DNA from: an uncultured Candidatus Saccharibacteria bacterium
Lineage (GTDB): Bacteria > Patescibacteriota > Minisyncoccia > Phycocordibacterales > UBA2100
Assembly (NCBI GenBank): GCA_964654205.1
Contig: CAZZHR010000002.1
Coordinates: forward strand, 65,800-129,799
DNA: 64,000 bases
Direction of reading: 5' to 3'
Shown here: positions 7,876 to 14,911 of the stretch, piece after piece
How positions within the stretch are numbered: position 1 is the stretch's first letter
Layout: each line of letters starts with the position of its first letter
Translations under genes and position numbers: made by a program
Notes under the pieces: generated by a model
What the model saw: the letters and a program-made list of their open reading frames with translations, nothing else
What the model was told of the DNA's origin: nothing
Databases searched by the model: none

Positions 7876-9141
7876 TCAATTTTCAGGTGTGGTGGTCGCT
7901 TGCTGCACTTGTTCGCTCTCTGTAGCCACTGGCTCGGTAGTTGTCGCTGGGATTTCTATCTCCGTACTTCCTGCTTCGGTATTCGTGCTTCCCATTCCAC
8001 TCTCCGTACTCCCCCCTTCGTTCCCTCCGCTCTCATTCGACGCTTCTTCATTCATACCTCCTATTTCGTCTCCTTGTTCTTCTTGGACTTCTTCTTGGGC
8101 AGGCGTGCTCGTTGCCGAAATCGTGTCGCTCGACGCTTCTTCATTCGTACTTCCTCCTTCTCCTGCTGGACTTTCAACGTTCACATTTTCACTTTCAACC
8201 TGCGGCGGAGCCGCCGGCCTCACATTCCCCGCCTCGCTCACTTCGCCACCCGGATTCGCAGCATCACCCACGAGCACGATGCGGCGCACTGTTATCACTG
8301 CACCGCCTGGGTCTGTCGCGCTGTATTCAATCGAGTGCGCAGTCGTCGTCGAGGTATCGATGCCAGTCCATGTCGCTTTCTCGACGCCGTTGATGCGCAT
8401 ATACACGCCCGCGTTGGTCTGGTATGGATCGACGAGTACCGCGCCGAGGTCTGCGTAGCTCGCACCGAGCGGAATACGCGCCGGATTGTTGCCGAGGAGC
8501 TGCAGACCTATCTTGAGCCCGCTCGCGCTCGTACTTCCTGCTTCGTTACTCGTACTTCCGTTTCCGCTTCCATCTGCGGGACCAAAGACCGCGGCCGCTG
8601 CGGCCACCTGCGGCTGGACGACAGGGGTGTAGCCGGGGAGCGTCTCGGTGCTGTCATCGAGGAATTTGCCGATAAGGCCGCCGTACGACGTCGCTACGGT
8701 GAGCTGCGTCACTGCGCTCCGCGCGTTCTCTTGTGTCTTGCTCAGCCGCGAAGCCTCGCGTTCTATCACTTGCCTGAGCTGCTGCGTCACGTACAGGCCG
8801 AGGTCGCGATACTCGCCGAGGTCTGTCTTCGAGACCTGCATCGTTACTTTTTTGATTACGTCCTTCCAGACGTACTCGTCGACATCTATCGTGTGGAATT
8901 CGTACTCTACGAAATAGTCGTTCTCGTCTTCGGTGACCGCGGTGATGACAGCACGCGGGCTGTAGCTCGAGAGGTCCTTGCCGACGAGGTAGGTGTTGTC
9001 CACGGTGAGCACTTCATGCTGCTGCGAGTAGATGGCCTCCGGATTCGTCGCCGCAAAGACCCCCGTGCCGCCTAGAATCAGGATGCCGAGTGCCACCGGC
9101 ACGGCATTGTGATACTGAAAGAAGTGAAGAAGTGGGGTCAT
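7876..9141 (-). CDS. membrane-anchored surface protein with an Ig-like (DUF5011-type) domain and an acidic low-complexity tail
   Basis: N-terminal TM (VPVALGILILGGTGVFA). The segment GNNPARIPLGASYADLGAVLVD...SIEYSATDPGG fits the DUF5011 Ig-like pattern. The C-terminal 120 aa or so are rich in E/S/T/G. Confidence 0.72.
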   Translation of the reverse strand: MTPLLHFFQYHNAVPVALGILILGGTGVFAATNPEAIYSQQHEVLTVDNTYLVGKDLSSYSPRAVITAVTEDENDYFVEYEFHTIDVDEYVWKDVIKKVTMQVSKTDLGEYRDLGLYVTQQLRQVIEREASRLSKTQENARSAVTQLTVATSYGGLIGKFLDDSTETLPGYTPVVQPQVAAAAAVFGPADGSGNGSTSNEAGSTSASGLKIGLQLLGNNPARIPLGASYADLGAVLVDPYQTNAGVYMRINGVEKATWTGIDTSTTTAHSIEYSATDPGGAVITVRRIVLVGDAANPGGEVSEAGNVRPAAPPQVESENVNVESPAGEGGSTNEEASSDTISATSTPAQEEVQEEQGDEIGGMNEEASNESGGNEGGSTESGMGSTNTEAGSTEIEIPATTTEPVATESEQVQQATTTPEN

Positions 9142-9175
9142 AGGTGAGAGGTTAGAGTTGATAGTTTTTAGTTGA
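9141..9175 (+). repeat. direct repeat copy 1: TAGGTGAGAGGTTAGAGTTGATAGTTTTTAGTTGA
   Basis: About 29/35 identical to the copy at 9532-9566. It spans the stop codon and 3' end of the four-helix-bundle gene. Confidence 0.8.
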
Positions 9176-9598
9176 TAAGGGTGTACGCAACTTCCCGATA
9201 ATCGCCGTAAGCATTCGCTGTACTTCGTCGAGCAATTCGATGGATTTGGAGAAATCTATACTGGGAAAGAGCCGTTGCGCCGCGAGAAGCTGTGTTTCCA
9301 GCTCCGCGGCTGAACCAGCCGAGACGCATAAGAATTGCGCGTAATCCTTCCTTGTCCCCCTCTTTGTACCCTCGGCTATGTTTGAGGGGATTGATATTGC
9401 GGCGCGCCGCATCTGGCTCATCAGACCAAACTGCTCCGACTGTGGGAGTTTCGCGGTATCGCGGTACATCGTTTCGACAAGACTCATAGCCCTCTGCCAC
9501 ACGACCAAATCCTTGAAAGACCGCACAGGGGTAGGTGCGAGGTTAGAGTTTTTAGTTTTTAGGTTTGAGCTGTGTGTCGTTTTCATATTTCTTTTCAC
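9152..9598 (-). CDS. four-helix-bundle protein of the 23S rRNA intervening-sequence (S23-IVS) family
   Basis: FKDLVVWQRAMSLVETMY, SQMRRAAISIPSNIAEG and SAGSAAELETQLLAA are hallmark motifs. The start is GTG 9598 or ATG 9586. Confidence 0.85.
   Translation of the reverse strand: MKRNMKTTHSSNLKTKNSNLAPTPVRSFKDLVVWQRAMSLVETMYRDTAKLPQSEQFGLMSQMRRAAISIPSNIAEGTKRGTRKDYAQFLCVSAGSAAELETQLLAAQRLFPSIDFSKSIELLDEVQRMLTAIIGKLRTPLSTKNYQL
9532..9566 (+). repeat. direct repeat copy 2: TAGGTGCGAGGTTAGAGTTTTTAGTTTTTAGGTTT
   Basis: Lies in the 5' codons of the four-helix-bundle gene, 391 bp from copy 1. Confidence 0.8.
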
Positions 9599-9601
9599 TA
9601 A

Positions 9602-9615
9602 AACCTCTAACCTAT
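9602..9615 (-). repeat. inverted copy: ATAGGTTAGAGGTT on the minus strand
   Basis: 13/14 match to ATAGGTGAGAGGTT at 9140-9153 in inverted orientation. The two copies bracket the four-helix-bundle gene. Confidence 0.75.
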
Positions 9616-10112
9616 AAACTCATCACTACCTTCCCAATAATGTCGACTTGTTGAACTGCTCCGAAGACGCGCCCATCGCTGCTCTTGCTGCGATTGTCAC
9701 CGAGCACAAGGTAATCTTCTGGCCCGAGTTGCATACGAAATGCTCCATTGTTCGTCCCGCCTATCATGCTTCCCGTCTCGTACCTCGTACTCTTTCCTTC
9801 GCTATCAGTGACCGTCACTCCATCTTCGCCAAGCTCTACAAGCTCACCGGGCAAGCCAATCACCCGTTTCACTTCAATCACCTCTTTCTGGTGCGGATTG
9901 CGATGCACGAGTATGTCGCCACGGCTAATGTGGAATCGGTGAGTCACCTTTTCGACGATAACAACGTCGTTCGCAGAAAACGTCGGCTCCATCGAGCCGC
10001 CAGAGACCACGTACGGACGGAAAATGAAAACCGAAGACAGCAGCGCGAGCGCAATGACAGTCGCAATCGTCTCTTTGTGCGTTCGTATCGTTGTGTGCAA
10101 TTGGTACGTCAT
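9612..10112 (-). CDS. lepB: signal peptidase I (S26 family)
   Basis: SGGSMEPTF (catalytic Ser), VKRVIGLPGE (Lys box), VLGDNRSKSSDGR and an N-terminal TM. Confidence 0.9.
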   Translation of the reverse strand: MTYQLHTTIRTHKETIATVIALALLSSVFIFRPYVVSGGSMEPTFSANDVVIVEKVTHRFHISRGDILVHRNPHQKEVIEVKRVIGLPGELVELGEDGVTVTDSEGKSTRYETGSMIGGTNNGAFRMQLGPEDYLVLGDNRSKSSDGRVFGAVQQVDIIGKVVMSL

Positions 10113-10114
10113 AT

Positions 10115-13100
10115 CTAAATTTCCATCCCGAGCATGAGCGCGAGGGCTTGGACGAAGCTGTTTGATGTGGCGGCAGGGGCGGCAGAATATTTGAACGGCT
10201 GCTCCGCGAACGCGGCGTAGACCATTGTGTCGCCGCTCGTGTTGAGGAAGGTGGTTCTTAACTTGAAACCATTGGCTAGAGAATCAATGACGTCTGCGGG
10301 TGCCGACTCTTGAGACGAACCATCGGCGCCCAAAACGCCACTTATTGGATTGTAGGTGTTCCTTGTTGTATCCAACATCCACCAACTACCCGTCGTTCCA
10401 ACCGCGGGCTTAAGCATGACAAACCGCGGCTTGAAGCCGGTGTAGACGAACGGACCGTCGGTCGAGCCATTGCCGGTGTAGGAGCCAAATGCCGACATGC
10501 CGGTCGTGGAGGCAAAGAGGTACGCCGCGTACTCGCTCCCGCCACCTACGCCGCCCGGTGTGCTCGAGGAATCGGTGAGTGCGCCGTTCTCCGTAAATGC
10601 TCCGCCTCGCCCCCTGTTGATGTGCCAATTGTCGCTCGTTCCAGAGAAGTACACATCGGGGACGAGTGTGGAACCGACCCCGATGACGGGCACGGGTTCG
10701 CCATTCGCGTCGATGAAGAAGCGCCTATTGGCTTCGACCGAGAGGTCCAGGCTCGTCCCGAACTTTATCCAAAGGTCTTTGATGTCTCCCGTGAGCTTGA
10801 AGCCCGCGTCCGGTTCCGCCCCCACCGCGAAGTTGCCTCTCGTCCAGTCGATCGTGTCGTTGGTAAGCGTGGAGCCGCCCGAATTGAAGTCGCTCACATC
10901 GTTGCGGTAGACCCAGGCGGAGCCGGTGTTTAGGTCGACCGAGAAGAGGTAGTGCACCCAGCCACTCGAGGCGAGCGTCTGCGTCGAGGAGTTCAGGATC
11001 ATGTCGAAGTTGTTGGACGCGTCGAGCCCCACGACCTGGATCACCTGCGTACCCGCCGTGCGTACGATGTAGAAGCCCGTGCCGAGGTCTCCCGTCGCTG
11101 CGATCGTCTGGTTGGTGCTATCTGCGCCCGTAATGTTGACCCAAAAAGAGACAGTTAACCGTTTGCCGTCCACGACGTCTGTGAGGTTTGCACCGCGCGT
11201 GAGGTAATCGTTGGTACCGTCGAAATGCGCGGCGCCGCCTTTGTTCACATCGGCATTCGTCCCCACGGTGAAGGCGCTTGCGGTAGGCGCGGTGTCGTTC
11301 CAGTAGGTCGCGTCGTCGGCAGTCGCAGCTGTGCTGTTGAGCAATAGATAGTCAGTCGCCGGTGCAGATGTATTGGACGAGTGATAGACCGCCCAATCGC
11401 CGGAGCCCGAAGCTTGTGTGTACGAGCGGAGCATCGCGCTCCCCTGATCGGCGATCGCCACGCTTGTGGCAGAGAGCGCCGCAACCGCGGGGTTCGGAGT
11501 CGTGCCGTCGACGATACCGCTCCCGTCGGCCACCTCTCTCCAATCGGTACCGTCGAAGGCGTACACACGGAGCTCGTTGGTCGTTGAGTCCACGAATGCC
11601 ACTCTGTTGCGGCCCAGCGCCGCCATGCCCGTCGAGCCTCCACTCGATTCGATTGTGAGAGAATTGCCCACCTGAGACCAATTCGTGCCGTCGAAATCAT
11701 ACGCGCGCAGCTGCTTTGTCCCCGAGTAGTCGTAGAGGGCTACGCGCGAAGCCGAGAGCGCCGCGAGGGAAGGGAGTGTGATGCCGCTGATGTTGAGCTC
11801 GTTCCCAGTCAGAGTCCAGTTGGTGCCGTCGAAATCATACGCGCGCAAGTCGTCGTTGGTGCCGTCGATAAAGGCTATGCGGTCGGACAGGAGCCCCGCA
11901 AGCGCGGGAGATCCCACGCCCGAGATGTTGAGCTCGTTGCCGGTCAGCGACCATGTAGAGCCGTTGAAATCGTATGCGCGCAAGTCGTCATTCCCGCTGT
12001 CAATAAATGCGACACGGCTCGAAAGCATAGTTGCGAGCGAGGGCGACCCTATACCCGAGATGCTGAGTCCGCTTCCTGTGAGAGACCAATTCGACGAGCT
12101 CAGGTCGTATGCGCGCAAAGACGCATTCCCGAAATCAACATATGCCACCCTCGTCGCGGAGAGCGCGGCAAGCGCGGGAGTATTGATACCGCTTATCGTG
12201 AGGCTGTTGCTCGTCTGTGCCCAGTCTCCGCGCACCTCTTTCACGAGCATGAAGTCCGGCGCTTTACCGAGCGAATGGCTCACCGTCCTGCTCTTACCCG
12301 TCCCCTTGTACGAGACGATGTCGAACCCGGCCTCCGCCGTCTCTTTCCAGAGCCATGAGATGTAGTTCTTGCCGCTCGTGTTGACGTTGGCCGAGCTCGC
12401 GCCGGAGCCGAGGCTGAAGCCGTTGTCGTCGTACGACGTGAGCGATTCCGTGTCGTCGACATCTTCACCGGCGGTCAGATTGGAGCTGAGCCACGCCTGC
12501 ACCCCGCGCAGAGCATCGAAGAGCGCATGGTTGGTCGAAGCGTCGGTACGGTTCTTTATCCACACGAGGTCGGGGCTAAAGCCGGTAACCGTTGTGCTTG
12601 TACCCGTCTGGTAGACAGACTTTGCCGCACCCGTGCCTGCGTACGCGATCGCATCAAAATAATTCTTCGGCACCACCACATCCGGCTCGGGCAAGTTGGC
12701 GGTCGAGAGTGCTTTGAAGCCAGAGGGCGGTTCGTATCTGAAATATCCCCCCGCCGCCGAGTAGTGCGTCGTCGTAGTTGTCCCTGGCTGACCAAAGTTT
12801 ATTGAAGCGCTTGCACCCGTGTAGACGGCGAGTGATGGAAATACAGGGTCAGCTCCGCTGAGTGTGGCGGCAGCTCCTGTGCCTCCTACTGGGTCACCAC
12901 TGTTCTGCCATGTCCCGTTTTTTGAGAAGTAAATCTTCTTGTTATCCAAATCAAGCGCTACACCGACGACATCGTTCGTTGTAAACGTATTGCCGTACGC
13001 GGCATTGGTCCCTCCGTTGTACGTCGTACCATCATGCCCGTAGTAGCTGATGCCCCCATTAGCAGACGAGCCGCCGGGAAATGCGCCGAGTGTCATCGGA

Positions 13101-14242
13101 GTGAACGCTGTGGAAGTTGCAACCCCGACGAGATAAAAATTACTGCCACTACTCTGTGCACCAGCTGTCACTTCCCAATACCATTTACCACTCGTGACAC
13201 CAATAATTGAGAGTGCCGTAAGAAAATTCCCAGCACTATGAGTCATACTCAAGTTGCCTTGAGAAAGAGTCAGCGAAGAGTTTTTGTAAATCGAGTTAAG
13301 TGTCGCAAACGCGTTCGTCGGGGTGTCGATGACTTGGTCGGTTGCGTCGAGGTTGTTGGCGGTCCAGTTGTTGCCGTTGCCGGATGTGTCGGTGCCAAGC
13401 GCCGCACTGTTGCCAAAGGCGAGCTTGAAGCCATTTGTCCCATACGTGCCCGTGTACGACTTCGGCCGCCAGTATCCATTGGCGTCGTACTCGCCGAAAG
13501 AGGTGGGCGTGAGCGCCTGCCCGTCGACAAAATGTAGGTCGGAGAGGTAGACATCAATCGAGCAACATGCACCCCCTTGTTGCTGACCGATACGATTGTT
13601 CGCATTGGCGAGCGCGAATTGGTACTCAGCGTTTTGTGCGGGATAATTCGCAGCGTCAAACGCCGTAATCTGCATCCCATCGATGTACATCTTCACTCTA
13701 TTCGCTGCAGTCGCATCTGTCGTGTCCCACACAACTACGACATGCATCCATTTTGATGGATCGCGAAAAAGTGCCGAGCTGCGAAGTTCGGCGGAAGTAG
13801 CCCCGCCGAAGGCGAAACTCAGGTTGTCCGCTGCAGCGCCGCCCGCCCCGAATTCAAGCCACGAAGAATTGCTCGACGAACCATCGTAGCCGGCAACTAT
13901 CGTTTGTCTCGTCCCCAAATTCCCCCTTTTTATCCACGTAGATATCGTTCCCTTCTTACGGTCAGCGGGTGCACCGGAGAATGTCTTGCTTAGGTTTGCA
14001 CTGTCATCGTCGTTGAAGCGAGCGCTGTTCGCGATCGTGTACGCCGCCTCCGCCTGCGGGAGTGTGAGAAGCGCAAACTGCGCGCCAAACCACGCCAGCG
14101 CGACAATCGCCGCCACAACCACCCGCCACCTCCACAGCCCGTTCAAAGCGTTCAAGGAGGCGTGCAAGGGGCGCCCTTGCACATGTGCAAGGGCGCCCCT
14201 TGCGCCGGAGATTTTGAGAAACTTGGTGAAGAGATTACTCAT
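10115..14242 (-). CDS. giant (1375 aa) signal-anchored surface protein: LamG, SPRY, six 45-aa repeats, LamG, plus three copies of a phage-structural-protein-like module
   Basis: One uninterrupted ORF with an N-terminal TM (VVVAAIVALAWFGAQFALL). Its domain signatures are listed as separate features. Its start forms an ATGA overlap with the RAYT stop. Confidence 0.9.
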   Translation of the reverse strand: MSNLFTKFLKISGARGALAHVQGRPLHASLNALNGLWRWRVVVAAIVALAWFGAQFALLTLPQAEAAYTIANSARFNDDDSANLSKTFSGAPADRKKGTISTWIKRGNLGTRQTIVAGYDGSSSNSSWLEFGAGGAAADNLSFAFGGATSAELRSSALFRDPSKWMHVVVVWDTTDATAANRVKMYIDGMQITAFDAANYPAQNAEYQFALANANNRIGQQQGGACCSIDVYLSDLHFVDGQALTPTSFGEYDANGYWRPKSYTGTYGTNGFKLAFGNSAALGTDTSGNGNNWTANNLDATDQVIDTPTNAFATLNSIYKNSSLTLSQGNLSMTHSAGNFLTALSIIGVTSGKWYWEVTAGAQSSGSNFYLVGVATSTAFTPMTLGAFPGGSSANGGISYYGHDGTTYNGGTNAAYGNTFTTNDVVGVALDLDNKKIYFSKNGTWQNSGDPVGGTGAAATLSGADPVFPSLAVYTGASASINFGQPGTTTTTHYSAAGGYFRYEPPSGFKALSTANLPEPDVVVPKNYFDAIAYAGTGAAKSVYQTGTSTTVTGFSPDLVWIKNRTDASTNHALFDALRGVQAWLSSNLTAGEDVDDTESLTSYDDNGFSLGSGASSANVNTSGKNYISWLWKETAEAGFDIVSYKGTGKSRTVSHSLGKAPDFMLVKEVRGDWAQTSNSLTISGINTPALAALSATRVAYVDFGNASLRAYDLSSSNWSLTGSGLSISGIGSPSLATMLSSRVAFIDSGNDDLRAYDFNGSTWSLTGNELNISGVGSPALAGLLSDRIAFIDGTNDDLRAYDFDGTNWTLTGNELNISGITLPSLAALSASRVALYDYSGTKQLRAYDFDGTNWSQVGNSLTIESSGGSTGMAALGRNRVAFVDSTTNELRVYAFDGTDWREVADGSGIVDGTTPNPAVAALSATSVAIADQGSAMLRSYTQASGSGDWAVYHSSNTSAPATDYLLLNSTAATADDATYWNDTAPTASAFTVGTNADVNKGGAAHFDGTNDYLTRGANLTDVVDGKRLTVSFWVNITGADSTNQTIAATGDLGTGFYIVRTAGTQVIQVVGLDASNNFDMILNSSTQTLASSGWVHYLFSVDLNTGSAWVYRNDVSDFNSGGSTLTNDTIDWTRGNFAVGAEPDAGFKLTGDIKDLWIKFGTSLDLSVEANRRFFIDANGEPVPVIGVGSTLVPDVYFSGTSDNWHINRGRGGAFTENGALTDSSSTPGGVGGGSEYAAYLFASTTGMSAFGSYTGNGSTDGPFVYTGFKPRFVMLKPAVGTTGSWWMLDTTRNTYNPISGVLGADGSSQESAPADVIDSLANGFKLRTTFLNTSGDTMVYAAFAEQPFKYSAAPAATSNSFVQALALMLGMEI
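10748..11236 (-). other. second LamG/concanavalin-like (Laminin_G_3-type) domain, aa ~1003-1165
   Basis: AAHFDGTNDYL...LTVSFWVN...GWVHYLFSVDLNTGSAWVYRND...FAVGAE fits the Laminin_G_3 pattern. Confidence 0.65.
11408..12217 (-). repeat. six tandem in-frame ~135-bp (45-aa) repeats, likely a beta-propeller
   Basis: Unit consensus LRAYDFDGTNW(S/T)LTGNELNISG(I/V)GSPSLAALSxxRVAFxDxxNDx. The GAAATCRTAYGCGCGCA motif recurs about every 135 nt on the plus strand. Confidence 0.85.
12788..13345 (-). other. SPRY/B30.2-like domain, aa ~300-485
   Basis: The TSGKWYWEV signature, then VVGVALDLDNKKIYFSKNG and FPSLAVYTGASASINFG, match the SPRY pattern. Confidence 0.7.
13508..14035 (-). other. first LamG/concanavalin-like domain, aa ~70-245
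   Basis: GTISTWIKR...WMHVVVVWDTT...VKMYIDG...SDLHFVDGQAL fits the Laminin_G_3 pattern. Confidence 0.65.
14163..14204. repeat. REP-like palindrome doublet: TGCAAGGGGCGCCCTTGCA-CATG-TGCAAGGGCGCCCCTTGCg
   Basis: Two 19-nt near-palindromes (8-bp stems) in inverted orientation form a 42-nt palindrome. It lies within codons 13-27 of the 1375-aa ORF, 35 nt downstream of the RAYT stop. Confidence 0.85.
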
Positions 14243-14901
14243 ACTTCGTCGAGCATTAATTCTCGGACTGTCGATTTCCGTGCGACGATGTCGTCGAAAG
14301 CGTCTTCAACGAAACGCTGGTACTCGCGCGCACTCTTGAAGTGCTCAAGGATTGTTGCCGTATCACACAATCCCCCGGTATCTGGCGAGAGGTACTCGGC
14401 ATAGCTACTATGCGGCCACTTTCGAGCGTCTCGCACAAGCTTCGCCACTTGGGGATTCACATGAATATAGGCCGAGAGGTGTTTGAGTTGCGTATCGTCT
14501 ACCACATGCACGGCCTTGATGCGATCCTGAAATACATGTCCCACATGATCGTACTTGCGATTGAAGTACATCGAGTAGCTCGTCAGTAGTTTCAGAAAAA
14601 GTTTACTAATCGATACATCTTTGTTCTGTCGTATGAGAAAATGGAAATGATTAGGCATAAGACAGTACACAGCAATCGAGAATGCATCTCTTTCGAATGG
14701 CTCGATGCGAATCTGGACGCGCTTCCCGCCGGTGTGCAAGGGCGCCCCTTGCACATCGCGACCGAGAGAGCGCATAAGTCGGTCTAGGAAAACTCGTGCA
14801 TCCTCATCATCTCGAAGGATGTCCATCTTGCCATTGCCGCGGCTGAAGAGGTGGTACCACTCTCCTGTCGAGAACTCTTTGTAGTCGCGTGAATTTGTCA
14901 T
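14239..14901 (-). CDS. REP-associated tyrosine transposase (RAYT) / IS200-like Y1 transposase homolog
   Basis: WYHLFSRGN, the HUH motif CLMPNHFHFLI, GHVFQDR and YIHVNP (catalytic Tyr region). There is no second IS gene. Confidence 0.85.
   Translation of the reverse strand: MTNSRDYKEFSTGEWYHLFSRGNGKMDILRDDEDARVFLDRLMRSLGRDVQGAPLHTGGKRVQIRIEPFERDAFSIAVYCLMPNHFHFLIRQNKDVSISKLFLKLLTSYSMYFNRKYDHVGHVFQDRIKAVHVVDDTQLKHLSAYIHVNPQVAKLVRDARKWPHSSYAEYLSPDTGGLCDTATILEHFKSAREYQRFVEDAFDDIVARKSTVRELMLDEV
14735..14753. repeat. third copy of the REP-like palindrome, inside the RAYT ORF and in frame
   Basis: TGCAAGGGCGCCCCTTGCA on the plus strand. It encodes VQGAPLH between the N-terminal strand and the HUH motif. 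Confidence 0.85.
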
Positions 14902-14911
14902 ACTCGATTAG

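Noticed and set aside
7774-9075. 433-aa plus-strand ORF, plus the 7889-8458 and 7941-8393 ORFs
   Set aside because: They are antisense to the 421-aa Ig-like protein gene and have Arg/Leu/Ser-rich low-information sequence. The minus-strand frame has a TM, an Ig-like domain and operon coupling.
11408-12217. Possible CRISPR or other non-coding tandem array, because of the ~135-bp periodicity
   Set aside because: The repeats are in frame inside a 1375-aa ORF, have no unique spacers between them and encode a coherent 45-aa protein repeat. No CRISPR array was seen anywhere in the window.
14239-14901. Active IS200/IS605 insertion sequence
   Set aside because: There is no TnpB partner and no canonical left and right subterminal hairpins flanking the gene. 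The gene is translationally coupled to its neighbours. I classify it as RAYT-like or domesticated.
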